64,000 nucleotides of DNA from Camelus ferus. Its lineage: Eukaryota. Shown piece after piece: positions 12,683 to 26,102 of this stretch (positions are counted from its first letter, which is position 1; the number at the start of each line of letters is the position of its first letter). Made by a program: the position numbers and the translations under genes. Where the stretch lies: contig NC_045697.1 in NCBI RefSeq assembly GCF_009834535.1, forward strand, positions 6,450,001 to 6,514,000. The letters run 5' to 3'. The notes under the pieces were generated by a model. That model ran no database searches and had not been told where the DNA came from. It saw only the letters and a list, made by a program, of their open reading frames with translations.

Positions 12683-13200
12683 ACGTGTAATATGTGTAAT
12701 AGTATTTGCATGTATATATATACCATATATAAATATCTGTATTATATATAAATATGTATTTATATGTGTATGTGTTACATATAAATATATTTGTGTGTTT
12801 ATACATATATAAATTTATATATTATTATATATGCATTATACATTTATACATGTGTTTATTACATGTATTATATCTGATTTATATCTGTATTATATGTCTT
12901 ATATGTATTTATATGTGTATTATATATAAATATGTACTTATATGTATATATGTATTATATATAATTGCATTTATATATACATATATAAATTTACATATGT
13001 CATGCATTTATATATGTATTTGTTACATGTATATGCCTTATATATAAATATGTATTTATACATATATGTTACATATAAATGTATTTATATATATAAATTT
13101 ATATATAACACACATATTATATATTTACATATGTGTTTATTACATGTATAACATCTGATTTGCATATGTATGATCTATACACATATGTACTTATATAAAT
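12683..13200. repeat. AT-rich (TA/TG/CA)n low-complexity array with degenerate higher-order repetition
   Basis: About 500 bp with a recurring motif, e.g. atgtgtttattacatgta near 12850 and 13131. Source of the spurious I/Y/C-rich ORFs. Confidence 0.85.
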
Positions 13201-13545
13201 CTATACTTCTATGGTTAAGTCCCTGGAAGGCATTTCCCAGGGCCAATACTCTCTGGCAGGTTTCTGTGTTAAAAGGAGGGAGAGATTCTGCACTGAGAGA
13301 AAGGAGAGAAACAGGAAGGAACAGGGGAGCAAGGTGTTCCTTAAGGACTGATGAGTGAAGGTCCACTGGACAGATGACTGTGGATGAACGAACTATTAAA
13401 TGGATGAATGAGGCTTGTTTCATCTTATTCATTGACCAGCTCATAGGAGTTTTTTCCTGTCAGATGTTTATGTTTCTCTTTTTCAAATTCTTGAAGTAAT
13501 CATTTAAGTATATAGCAAGACAAAATTCTATTTCAAGTGTCTTAC

Positions 13546-13565
13546 CGAGGAGGTGGCACCGGCTT
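13546..13565 (-). CDS. CLNK: CLNK micro-exon (20 nt, phase 0-2; exon 10): KPVPPP(R)
   Basis: ttctctttccttttgcag|AAGCCGGTGCCACCTCCTCG|gtaaga. Starts the proline-rich region. Confidence 0.92.
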
Positions 13566-13777
13566 CTGCAAAAGGAAAGAGAATCAGAAATTACACTGAT
13601 TGTTCTTTGAGCAGAGCTCGTGGTTGACGGTTTTGGGGTTTACAAATAGAAATGACAAATTCCAACCAACCTTCTGGGATTTATTTTTCAAGTGACATCC
13701 AAGACGTCACACTGTCCACGTTGCTATGCTTCTAAAGTAAAGAGTGGGTACAAATGCATTTTAATGCTTCTTCTTAC

Positions 13778-13803
13778 CTTGTTTCCCTTTGTGGATTTGT
13801 CTC
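13778..13803 (-). CDS. CLNK: CLNK micro-exon (26 nt, phase 1-0; exon 9): (G)DKSTKGNK
   Basis: ccttcttatattttag|GAGACAAATCCACAAAGGGAAACAAG|gtaaga. Confidence 0.9.
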
Positions 13804-14719
13804 CTAAAATATAAGAAGGAACAGCAGTGAGTTTATAGAAAATGTCATCAAGCTATTTCTACACGTGTTTAAAGTGGAAACCACTCCTGTTTGAATCGTC
13901 TTGTTGCTAATGGCAATTCATATTTGTTGAGATCTTATTAGATACCCAGCACCATGCTAAATGCTTTAGTTTTGTGATCTCCTCTTAAGATTTCTTTTGG
14001 GGAAAGATCCAGCTGTCCAAAAACAATATAACAAAACACATACTGTTCTGGATGATTTTAAGGGATCTTTTAGGTCTAAAATAACCACTTCATTGAACAG
14101 AATTACCATTCTCCCTGTTTTGTTTCTGTTTTGGAAAACACTTGTTAAACAGGGTAGACTTCTGTGCATGAATCAAACACGGGTGGCAGACGGGAATCGT
14201 AGATGTTCCCGGCATCAGTGAAAACACATACTATGACCCCAGATGTATTTCAAGCAACAGCAGCGGTCTAGTTAGTAGTTAGATCTTCGGCTAGTTCAAT
14301 GATGTGACTGAAAAACTCATGCCACAGGCTGCTTTCTTAAGGCACGAAATTAGAAAACTAAAAACTAACTTCCCCTCATTTTATTGGGTATTGGCTTTGT
14401 CTCAGGGTTCCCTGGGGAACTGTCTTATTGCTTATGCCGATGACTTTCCCTGTGAAGCTAAGTGTCGGGTGTCCAAGCGGTCTTTTCTCACAGGTACCAC
14501 CATATCTGCTGGGGATCAATTCAATTCACTGGAAAAAAATTCAATAAAAAGATTAAGCACCTGGAATTCAGTAGGAACGCTCCACTGATTGTTTCAGAGA
14601 CATCTATCCCATTGGCTTCAGTGACTGTCGACATTAGAAAAGGACATTTATCTTCCTTTCTCTCACTGACTTATTATGGAGCCTAGAATGTATGTCGGGC
14701 ATGGATTCATTTTTAACAT

Positions 14720-15140
14720 ATTTATTGATGTAGGTATTGGGGAATATAATACTAAAAATAAGGTGCTATTCCCAGGTAAACGTACATTCCAGAGGCAGGA
14801 GACAGAAAATAAGGAAACAAGAGTATGTGATGGCCGGTGCTGACAAGTGCTACAAAGGAGACTGAAGTGGGCTGAGTGAAAGATGGGGGGGGGGACTACT
14901 ATGTTTTAGGCAGACCCTAGAAGCCCCCTTGGTGGACAAGTGGTGAGAACAGAGGCCTGAAGAAATTGAGGGAGCACACCATGAGAATACCTGGGCAAGA
15001 ATACCCCTGATAGAACAGCAAGTGCAAAGGCCCTGAGGCCAGATGAGCACCAGGGGGCGCCACTATCTGAGAGGTGGTGGGGTTGGGGGTGCCCAGATCA
15101 CACAGGGTCTCACAGGCTCTGGTGAGAACTTTGCTTTAAC
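14720..15140 (-). mobile_element. L2 (LINE-2) relic
   Basis: L2-typical segment gaacagcaagtgcaaaggccctgaggc. Heavily diverged; boundaries approximate. Confidence 0.6.
15045..15063 (+). promoter_or_regulatory. CTCF motif
   Basis: gagCACCAGGGGGCGCcac versus core consensus CCACCAGGGGGCGC. Confidence 0.55.
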
Positions 15141-15985
15141 CGTGTGCATCTTTTGATACACTGTCCATGTGTCCTGTGCCTTCATTATAAGGATTTCCCT
15201 GCCATCAGTTAGTAGTCCCCCTCATTAAAAAAAAATTCTGTATGATATTATCAGCAGCAGCACGAATCCCGAGGGCTCCAGCCTTATCACATATGCCTAC
15301 CAGCAGCAGTCTATGCCGGTGTGCTTCCCTTGTTCGTTGCTGAGGTAACTGAAACCCCCACAAACTAAGAGGTAGACATGAACTTCAGGGTGAGAACTCC
15401 ACAAGTGAGAGAAACTAGACGCGCAGGAGAAGTAACTCATCATTACTGTCATGTAGCTTTGATTGTAATCCAGATTAAATGCAAACAGCTTTTTTTTTTT
15501 TTTGAGGAAATAGAGTTCATTTCATAAAGTAACAACAACTCAGACATTTGGGAGAATAGAATAATGGAAGAGGAGATTTGGAGCTGAGTTCCTTAAGTTT
15601 GATTGAGTTTTGATTCTGCTACTTACTACAGAAGGATCACGGCAGGTGCTCAATTAAGTATCGATGACATAAACAACTGGATGGAGGAACGGCTGAGTTT
15701 TCTCATCTGGGAAACTAAGAAATGGTTACTCACGCTTCATGGGAATTCCTGTGTGTAGTAAACGTGTCAATGCACTTCAGGCATTAAGGCACACCCACTG
15801 TTACTGGTAATATTGTCTCATGGACAGTTAGGGGGAAACGGCAGTCTACCCCCGTGATGGGCGACGCAAACATCCCCGAATGCTGTGAAACGTTCGCCGT
15901 CACCTAAGACCCAGGCAGCTGTTCTTTGAGGTCTTGCTCATCTTGAAATTCAACGCAGCAGCTTTCACCAGGAGGAGGCGGGCGT

Positions 15986-16004
15986 GCTCGCCATCTGGTG
16001 GCCG
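15986..16004 (-). promoter_or_regulatory. CTCF motif
   Basis: Minus strand cggCCACCAGATGGCGagc. Confidence 0.55.
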
Positions 16005-16295
16005 CATGTGTCATTAGCACCACCTGCCCAGCCTCTGTCCTCATGTCGCTCTTCCGTCGGAGACAAGATAGATTTCACTTTCGCTGCAAAACGCATTGCT
16101 TCTTGGGAGATAAACGGAGTCAGGTGAAAAAGCCTGGCTGTAGAATCTGTTGGACCTGGTTTGACTATTACTTCCATAACTTGTCAGGGTGAGTTTATGA
16201 GGAAGTTGTCAACCTCAAAGGGTTCTGTGACATTAAAGCAAAGCTTCCTGGAGAAGAAGGAAGGTGAGACCTGTTTGTGGTGGTGTTTCCGGGTT

Positions 16296-17030
16296 GGGGT
16301 TGAGGGGCCGGTACCAGCTTCCAGGAACTGACTGTTACATTTTCAGGACTTGGCAATACAGGTGTTAAACACAGCCATTACTAAAAAATAAATTGTGTAA
16401 ATGTACACTTGTATCAAAAACAAAGGTAACACATGCTCAGAACTCACGGCTTCCTAACTCCTCCATCACATTTAAATATGCTCTTGAAGTTATTTACCTC
16501 TGTGGTGTCTATGGTGGAAATACTGGAAAATGGTATCTCTTTCCAACTCTTTGTTCAATGATCATGTTGGTAGCTTGGACTCTGCCACAGGGGGAGTATT
16601 TATACCATGGAAACTGGCAAAAGCTGCAAATCAGGGTTTGATTTATTGTTTTACTGCTGTCTAGACGCAAAAAAAAAAAAAAAAAAAGATGGAGACAATG
16701 TTGACAAAGCACGTTCAGTTTATAAGGGTGTTGATCTGTGGCCTCTGCCGCTACACCGTGAAAAGGCAGGCTGAGGGAGTGTACTTCCGGTATTGGAAAA
16801 CCATCATCTGTCTCAGCTAAGAAGTTGTTCATGTCATTATCTCCATTGTCCCCATCATTAGGCTACAGATACAAAAGTTTGCGGAAAAAAATCAGCAAAA
16901 ACACTGTGAAAATCAGTTGGCTGTATGAAGCTGACGATTAAGACTGTTGTATATTCTATTATTTTAAAATCGTGTGCTACACGTCTTTTTACCAGTAAAA
17001 TTTATAACTGTGTATGCATACTTTTTTGAG
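16296..17030 (+). mobile_element. MER63-type (hAT-Blackjack) DNA transposon relic
   Basis: gttaaacacagccattactaaaaat...ggagtatttataccatggaaactggcaaaagctgcaaatcagggtttgatttattg...gtgtgctacacgtc. Homologous to the copy at 63488-63920. Confidence 0.7.
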
Positions 17031-17074
17031 ATCCAATATTTTCTTTAATATGTCTGTGGTGGGTAAATTACTTT

Positions 17075-18700
17075 CTTTTTTTAAATAAAGACTAATTTTT
17101 AAAGCAGTTTTAACTTCACAACAGAATTGAAAGGAAGGTACAGAGATTTCCCATTTATTCTCTGGCCCCACACATGCAGAGCCTCCTCCTTTTTATCAAC
17201 ATCCCTTACCAGAATGTTGCGTTTTTCACCAAGGATGAAACTACACTGACACATCATAATCACCCAGAGTCCGTAGTTTACCTAAGGGCTCACTCTTGGT
17301 GGTGTACATTCTGTGGGTTTGGACAAATGTGTAATGACCTGAATCCACCATTGTAACATCATACAGAGTGTTTTCACTAAAAATCCTCTGTGCTCTACAT
17401 AGTCCTCTCTTCCCTCAGATAACACCCTTGGCAATCACTGAACTTTTTACTGCCTCCATAGTTTTGCCTTTTCCAGGATGTCATATAGTTGGAAACATAC
17501 AGAATGTAGCCTTTTCAGATCAGCTTCTTTTGCTTAGTAATATGCATTTAAGTTTTCCCCACGCATTTTCATGTTTTGATAGTGCATTTCTTTTTAGCAC
17601 TGAGTAATATTCCACTGTCTGTATGGACTGTAGTTTATGGATCCATTCTGCCACTGAAGGACATCTTGGTTTCTTCCAAGTTTTGGCAATTCTGAATAAA
17701 GCTGCCATAATGTCTGTGTGCAGGTTTTTCTGTGACATAAAATTTCAAGTCCTTTTGTAAATAGCAAGGAATGTGGTTGCTGGATCACATGGTAAGACTA
17801 TGTTTAGTTTTGCAAGAAACTGACAAACTGTCTTCCAAAGTGGCCGTACTATTTTGCATCCCCACCAGCAGTGAATGAGAGTTCCTGTCTCTCCACATCC
17901 TCACCAGTGTTTGGTGTTGTCTGTGTTTTGATTTGGGCCATTCTAATAGATGTGTAGTGGTATCTCATTACTGTTCAGTTTGCATTTCCCTGATGACTTA
18001 TGATGTGGAACATCTCTTCATAGGCTTATTTGCCATCTGTACATCTTCTTTGGTGAGGTGTCTGTTGAGGTCTTTGATGCTTTTTTTTCCCCATTGGGTG
18101 GCTTGTTTTCTTACTGTTTAATTTTCAGAGTTCTTCGTATATTTGGAGAATAGCCTTCCACCAGATGTGTCTTTCACAAATAGTCTCTCTCAGTCTGTGG
18201 CTTGTCTTCTTATTCTCTTAATATTGTCATTTGCAGAGCCAAAGTCTTTCATTTTAATCAAGTTGGCTTCTCAATTATGTATTTTTCCATCGATCATGCC
18301 TTTGTTGTTGTAGCTAAGAAGGCACCACCATACCCAGGGTTATCTAGGTTTTCTACGTAATCTTCTATGACTTTTATAGTTTTGCCTTTTCATTTGGGTC
18401 TATGATTCATTTTGAGTTAATTTTTGCAAAGGGTGGAAAGTCTGTATCTACATGTATTTTTTTTGTAGGTGGATGTCCAGTTGTGCCAACGTCATTTGTT
18501 GAAAAGGCTATCTTTACTCCACTGTTATCACCTTTGCTTCTTTGCCAAAGGTTAGTTGACTACATGGGGGTCTGTCTCTGGGTCTTCTGTTCTGTTCCAC
18601 GGATCTATTTGTTAGTCTTTCACCACTACCGCGCTGTGCTGATTATTGTAGCTTTATAGAAAGTCTTGAAGCTGGGTAGCATCTGTTCTCCAACTTTGTT
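17075..18700 (-). mobile_element. ancient L1 (L1MC-like) 3' portion, sense to CLNK
   Basis: Reverse-complement L1 3'UTR and ORF2 tail. Minus-strand ORF reads ...AALFRIAKTWKKPRCPSVAEWIHKL..., the ORF2 C-terminal signature. Confidence 0.88.
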
Positions 18701-21189
18701 CCCATACATTTTTTTCCAGAGATTTAGAGGTCAAATATTTGCCAGTGCTTGTGATCTGGTTTGGGGGCTACTACTAATGTGCTGTGTGACTTAATACAAG
18801 TTGTTTGGCCTCTCTGAGCTCTGGTATCCTCATTGGTGATTTGAATGGTTGGAAAAGAAGACATGTAGGTCCACAAATTTGTTTCTTGATAGAAGGGACA
18901 GTGACACAATAGAGTGGTCACAAATGAGATCTTTGAAGTCATTTAAGTTCTAGGTGGCTTCTAACCCTACCTCTATCACTGAGTAATCTTGGGAAAATTA
19001 TTTAAATGTTCTGGGCTTGTTTCCATGTTTGTAAAATGCAGATAATGAAGTGTAGTTCCTTGGATGGTTAGTATTAAATAAAGTAATACATGCTTTTCCA
19101 TCAGCTACTATTCAATTTGTGTTAAATATATGCAGTATCTTTTATCTATAAATGAGCATGACAATCAGCACGTTCAGAAACAGGCCATCAGTATAATGTT
19201 CTGTAATTAGAGAAACAGACTCTGGACAAAATTGGATAAAACTTGGCCTCAGTCACAGTACTTGTTACGTCTAAGAGTTTTATGGTATATGAAAGCGAAC
19301 CATTAGGATTCCATGTCCTGATGATTAATTGCACAAGAGTCCAAAGAAGCAACTTATCATCCAAAGGGCTAGTGCCGATTTGACAAGGACTGTTTGGGAA
19401 ACCTCTCCACGTCTGCTGAAACTTTCAGAAATTAATTACAGCAATAAATTGCTGGAAGTATTCTTTGGCTTGAGTAGGGGAGGGATAAAGTTAGGCAAAG
19501 CCAAGGGTGTGGGAGAGGACCTGCTTGTTTTAACAATTCCTCAAATAATATCTGAAAGTGCAATTTCTTAGGAACAGGCACTGGGACAGTTACAGGATGG
19601 GCTTTAGTGATGGGTGTGGGACAGCGGCATCTTTCCAGAACATGCCCGGGGAGCCGTCTTTTCTGCTGACCTGGGTGTCCCAGGGAGTGCAGGAGAGGTG
19701 GGCAGGCAGGGTGGCGTGAAGGACCAAGACTTCAGGGGTGATGATGAGGGCAGTGGACTGGGTGGCTTTGTGTTTATGAACCATATCCATGGATTCACAG
19801 CATGTGAGAGACCACTGGGTCCTACCACATTTCTACAGGTGGGAGACTAAGGGCCAGCGGGGGAGTATCATTTGCCTAAATTCAGGAGCAGCGACAGAGA
19901 TGGGGCCAGAAGCAACCAGGCTTCTGGACTTGCCCCTTGCATGCTCCGCCTAATGGGAAGGTGTGGCCGAGGGTCACAGGTTTGTCTCCAGGGGGTTCTA
20001 AGACCCCTGGCAATGCTTATCTAATATGATTTTAATCAAATGGGCTAAATTTTAGCATAATTGAGTGTTTACTGTGCAGCCACTATGCACTCAGCACAGT
20101 GCCACGTGTTTGCTGCAGGGAAAACAACATTTACTAAACTTTGGTCTTTGTGGTTGATAATCACGGGCAGCAGGTCTACTGTGTATGCTTAACACCGAAC
20201 TAGATGGAGCATGAGGTGCCTTCAGCCTACACGGAGAGGCAGGGCGACTTCCCAGTGTAGGCAGGATGGCAGGGGGTGAAAGAGGGAGGAAAGAATCCTG
20301 AAAATCACCAGTTCAGTTCAACATCCTTTTGTCCAGGGTCCGTCATGGATCAGTAACTGTGCTCTAGGATTCGGCTGGTTATCACCTTTAAAATGGACAA
20401 GTGTCTTATGATGTAGGTGCATTTCCTCTGTTTTATAGACATGGAAACTTACATTTGGAGAGGTTACGTTCCTTGCAGATTTCAATTTGGAAAGCGGTAG
20501 CACTGGGATTAGAACCCAGGGCTCCTGGTTCCCAAGCCCAACATTCATGCAACCACGTTAAAGTTGCTCCTGTGCATCAAAAATAATGTTTAACCTCCCC
20601 TGTTTTACACCTCAGTCCAATGTCCTTTGCTCTGTGAATCCTTCTTAGGACACACAATTCTTCCTCTGAGGCAGAATTGATACGTATGCACTTTTTTGAG
20701 TTCCCCCAACAGTTAGTATAGACCCAACTCATGGTCTAAGGTCTTATGTGACTCCATCCCCTGGCACAAAATGATTTGAATAAACTGAACCTTCTACTCT
20801 GGTAGTTATCATTACAGTGTTGCAGCTGCCTTTTTTAATTCTTCTATTTGTGGCTACTTGATATTGCTCTATGGGAAAGTGTACTAGGGACATTAAAGAG
20901 TTGTCAAATGCCTTTCCTTTTCTCTGAATGGTGGTGAGACAAAATACTGTCCCGTAGTGTCATTAATGAGAGATTTTCCAAAGTTGACAACATTAGCTTT
21001 GAACTGAATGTTGTACCAATGCCTCTATTGATTTTGAGACAGTGATTGAAATAAATTTAAATCCAAAATGGTAGGAGAGTAATTTTAAATTTACTTCTAA
21101 TTATTTCTAGGTCTGTGGACTAAAGGTTTTATTTTTGTTAAGGATATAATCTATAGGATGCCAAATTCCATTTTTGCAAAGTTTTGTGT

Positions 21190-21217
21190 TGCTGTATTCT
21201 GCCACTAGGGGGCAATA
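21190..21217 (+). promoter_or_regulatory. CTCF motif with upstream (ZF9-11-type) extension
   Basis: tgctgtattct gCCACTAGGGGGCAata: core plus a TGCTG-like upstream module. Confidence 0.65.
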
Positions 21218-22907
21218 TCATCCATCAATTCATGTTTCTTTGCGCTAAACATTGTACAGTTTGGATGGGTGGGAAATTAGGGAACAGGAGGCGGAGTTTG
21301 CAGAAAAAGCTTTAGATACTTGCAAATGTATGAAAATCTTGAAAACATTGCTGCAGTTGACAAAACACTGGATTCTGGTCTAGGCTCTGACTGCTTGCTC
21401 TGTGACCTTGAGCGAGCTACTTCTCTTGCTAGGATTCTTTGCATAAAATGAGGGTACTCAACCAGATTAACTCTAAGCTCATCTCTGATTCTAATTTCTT
21501 TGACATCTAAATTCGGCTAAAAGCAAACTAGTAGAAAGGCCTTTTGATGGCATTATGTGGAATTCTCTTTTGCTTCTTTTCAAGCAAGCTCGTGTTTCCA
21601 GAGACACATGTTCAACCACCTAGGCATAATTCCCTCTTTCTTTTCTTGGCTGGTTTATTGTATTTCGTTATAAATTCATTCTTGTATATGGTGTACTTTT
21701 CACCCTAGAGGATATTGGTTTAGAGTTTGTGCTTGGTTCACATGTAAGGCAAAGACAAACTCATTTTAGCCTCCTTTATTCTCAGCATTAGGATGCTGAG
21801 CCACACCATTTTTGACTATTGCAGCTATCCTTATCTGAAAAGAGATGATTTCTTCTGGATCTGTGGCTAATGCTAATGGTTCATCCCAAACAACTTACAT
21901 CTTATAAGTACTTCCACTTTTACCCATTTTTAGGAATGAAAAAAAAAAAACAACAATATTCAGGGAAGATAAGTTCTCAAACTCTGACAGTTTCCGGATA
22001 ATGTCAGAATATGATTCCAAGAAAAATAATATGAAATGTACATTAACATAAATCTGTAACTGCTCAACTGGATGAAAAATATCATCATAAAATTCTGCCA
22101 TGACTGAACCATCCAATATGTTTTTTTTCTATGTCATTTTGTGAGAATGAATAAATTATCTGAGAATGAGTTTGCATCAAAAATACAGAATTTTGTAATA
22201 AACACATAAATCATTCAAGCATTTTCCAGCAAGATGCCTGATCCAAAAAAACGGGGGTATTCATATTACCTTCCCCTCTTTCAGTCTCCTTCTTGGTTCA
22301 GTGCCTTAGAGTTCTGGGTGGTAATGGAGAACCATCAATTATGGAAGTGTAGGAGAAGAAGACGTAAAGAAAATTACTCTTATTGAAGAAGTTTTGCACA
22401 CCACCTACAAGCTCAACTTCTGTGAGCCTCACTCTCACTGAGGTCCTCTCTGCAGTTATGACTTCAGTTGACACTGGGGTTGACTTTTGAAAAACAGTCG
22501 TATTTTGTCACCATGATACCCATATATCAGCCAACATCGCCTACAAAATTGACTCACTTAACTCTGAAAGATACATTCTTGTGGCACTTCCTGAGGAACT
22601 GCTTTTTGTTTTGTTTTGAGCAGCTAATTTCACATAAAAAAGCATGATCCCCTTTTTGCTTAGACTACTGGGAAGCTCAGAAGCAAACCAGTAGCTTCAT
22701 TTTAATAGAATGTACTGATGTGTGCCTGAGGATCCTGAATTTTATCTTTACCTTAGTCTCACAGTCTATCTAGATGTTTGTTATGATTAAAAAAAAAGTT
22801 CTTCTAGTCTACCATGCAAGTTTTTGTTAACTACTCCAAATATTTGTGAGCTGAGGCAAAGTGTAGATAAATACATGTAGAGAAATACAATAAATACAAT
22901 AAATAGT

Positions 22908-23685
22908 TGTGATATTGTGATTTATAATAAGAAATATATATTTGGTCTTTAGAGTCTGGTCCAAGCTCTTCAATCCCTTGGAATTTCCCAGATGATGAGA
23001 GCTATGCTTGTAACGTCAAGGAAGCGACTTTTGGACCCTACCTAAGAATGGGGGCTGGCCGCCAGTGGAGCCAACCATGTGATTAGAGGGTTGGAACTTA
23101 CAGGCCCCCACATCTACCCACACCCCCACACCCCAGGGAGTGGAGAGTGGCTTGAGATTGTGCTCAACCACCAATGGTCAATGATTTAATCAGCCATGCC
23201 TATGTCCTGAAGCCTCCATAAGAACCTGAAAGTTTGGAGTTTGGAGGGCTTCTGGGTTGGTGAGCACATGAAGATTCAGGGAGTGTGGAGGCCCTGTGCC
23301 CTCTCCCCATACCTTGCCTTATCTTTCTCTTGCCTCTGGCTGTTTCTGAGTTATATCCTTTTATACTAAGCTGGTCATTTAGTAAGTACAATGTTTCTCT
23401 GAGTTCTGTGAGCCACCCTAACAAATTAATCATACCTAAGGAGGGGGTGGTTGGAACCTCCAATCTAGAGCCAGTCTGTCAGAAGCACAGGTGACAATCT
23501 GGGTTTGGGATGGCATCTGGGGTGGTGGTCTTGTAGGGCTGAGCCCTTAAGCTGTGGGATCTGATGCTACCTCTGGGTAGATAGTGTCAGAATTGGGTTG
23601 GATTATAGGACACCCCGCTGGTGTCTAGAGAATTGCTTGATGGTGGAGGGCAAGCCCCTCACAAGTTGGAATTGGGATTAGAACC
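22908..23685 (+). mobile_element. MER21-type solo LTR
   Basis: Starts tgtgatattgtgatttataataagaaatatatatttggtc. Internal gtgattagagggttggaact and tctctgagttctgtgagcc motifs. Confidence 0.8.
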
Positions 23686-25169
23686 ATCTTGATAGTCAAA
23701 CAGTCATATTCTTATATGCAGAACGGGGGTCAAAGAAGATTCTGCAACCAAAGAACTGAAGGAGGATGTCTATAAAAAAGAGAGACTGTGAAACCCACTT
23801 CTTGTCCACTTTCTCCCCAGGACTCATTTCTCAATAAATGCCCATGAAGGTTCTGTTATGACCTAGAACATTTCTATGTGAATGATTATGGTCTGATCTG
23901 GGATCTCTCTGTGCTTCTGGTCCTTTTCTCTGTCAAGAGGTGTGAAAGTCCTTCCTCTGCATAATTCACGTGGTTCTCGAAGGACTGAAAATACATCAGT
24001 TAATGGAGAAGGGCTCTGAATCAAGTGCTGTGTACGTACAAGGTCCTGCCATGCATAAGGGCTACGAAGCGCTGATATGAAAGCTCCCCTATGTTGAGGG
24101 GCTTAGGGTGGTGGACGGGGAAGTTAGACAGGGACCTGTCAGGTTGTGCAGGATGGAGAGGAGAGATGGGCCAGGGAACAGCTACTGTTTCCTGCCTCTG
24201 CTGACTCAGCTGACCTGCGTGGTCATAACCCTGCCCACTTCACACTTACAGAGGAGGAGAGGAGAGCTGCCTTACTTAAGGCACACAGCCAGGGAGTGGC
24301 TGAGCCCGGGCTTTGGCTGCTCTCTTTGCTCCTTCCACCATGTTTCCCTTTGTGGGAATCTTCTCTTTGCCCCTCCAGGTCTGCCCTCCACCTTGTCCAC
24401 CCTGCTCCACCCCACTCTCGAGCCTGGGGGACCAACCAGCACATGCGGGCTGCCCTGCCTTGTGGTTTCTAGTTGGATTCAGCCATTGGGAAGTCCCAGC
24501 AGGAGAGTCGAGGAAGGCTGGAGAGTGAAGTTGGCGTGTTGACTCCCACCCTGTGAGGTCCTCTTGGGCTGGTGGTGCCCCTCAACCAGTGGTCATCGCT
24601 CCTCTCAAGGTGGTGTGTTCCTCCTGGTTCTCCTTAGCTGTCCCCTGATCCCTTTGGGTCTTGGGGTGGTGACAGCACTACAACACCATCCGTTGTTTTT
24701 CCCCTACACCTCACACTCCTTACTAAATAGTTCCTTTGTACATGAACCTCTTTATTTGGTGGCCTAATTTGGGTATGCCATCTGTTCCCTGTTAGGACCC
24801 TAACTATTACACTTTCCATTAAAGAAAACGTGACATTACTGATACGTTGTAGAATACAGTATCAGACACAGATGATGAATTCGGTATATTTCAGTTATTG
24901 GGAAATGTAAGTCATGGGACTGTCATCTTTTCTAACTGGACACTGTAGAGGAGATGGGGCACTGGGGGAACGTGATGAGAGAAGCTATAATGTGTACAAT
25001 CCAATTAAATTTCTTTGTCTCTCCTCCACGTGTGCTTCCAGCGCTACTGAAATCGATTATTTCCTTTCAGCTTCTTACTTGTCTCTTCATCTCCAAATTG
25101 AGTTGCTTTGCCTTAAGCTTTAAAAATCTATTTTCATATTAATTAATCAGAATTTTAAAATTAAATTTC

Positions 25170-25321
25170 GGGAAATATACACAAAATGTTATGATAACTC
25201 ACAGAGAAAAAAATGTGACAATGAGTGTGTATATGTCCATGAATAACTGAAAAATTGTGCTGAACACTGGAATTTGAAACAACATTGTAAAATGATTATA
25301 AATCAATAAAAAATGTTAAAA
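25170..25321 (+). mobile_element. very short L1 3'-end insertion with 13-bp TSD
   Basis: TSD aaaattaaatttc at 25157-25169 and 25322-25334. TTTT|AAAA endonuclease site. Homologous to the 3'UTR at 4268-4423. Confidence 0.9.
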
Positions 25322-25647
25322 AAAATTAAATTTCTGTCTTGCAATTTTACCAGGGGTATGTTTACAGAAGTAACTTAGTTTTATATTTGATGCAACCGGT
25401 ATGTTTCAAAACACTTTCCCAGAATTGCACAATATGGAATATGACTTTTCACACTCAACTTCTCCATCAGTCAGGTAAGGTGATAAAAGGGCATCAGATG
25501 TGAGAGAGTCTTTCTAACATTAGTTGTTTCATGAAGGTTAATTCAATTAATAACCTTGAAGAAAATTTGTGACCACAAGCAAAAAGGCAAGAGGATCTTG
25601 GAATATACGAATACACTGATACTGCAGACTTTGTGGTTTGACTTTAC

Positions 25648-25693
25648 CTTTGGCGTGCTGGCTTCTGATGTCCTTGGAGATGGGTTGTTCTGC
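25648..25693 (-). CDS. CLNK: CLNK exon (46 nt, phase 0-1; exon 8): AEQPISKDIRSQHAK(G)
   Basis: tgtcttcttgcag|GCAGAACAACCC...GCCAAAG|gtaaag. Confidence 0.93.
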
Positions 25694-25916
25694 CTGCAGA
25701 AGACAATATGGCAGCATTACCTCTTAAATCGGGACTATACCATCTCGTGACCCCACTCAGTACAGTTAGAGTCCCAGGGATAAAGGCCTGAGTCGCTGGG
25801 CTCATCATTCTTAGAGATTGCCCTCAGAAAACATGTGTTAATTTGTGTAAATCCATGTACCGCTGGGCCAGTGATGAGTGTTCAGGTGGAATGTGGCATA
25901 AAAATATTTGGTTTGA

Positions 25917-26102
25917 TAGATAAACAAGATTATACTGTATAGCACAGGGAAATATACACAAGATCTTCTGGTAGCTCACAGAGAAAAAAAAATGTGACAA
26001 TGAATATACATATGTTCATGTATAACTGAAAAATTGTGCTCTACACTGGAATTTGACACAACATTGTAAAATGATTATAAATCAATAAAAAATGTTAAAA
26101 AA
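25917..26102 (+). mobile_element. very short L1 3'-end insertion with TSD
   Basis: TSD atttggtttga at 25906-25916 and 26103-26113. Near-identical to the end of the L1 at 3793-4423. Confidence 0.9.

Noticed and set aside
12754..13151. I/Y/C-rich hydrophobic ORFs
   Set aside because: Translation artefacts of the TA-rich array.
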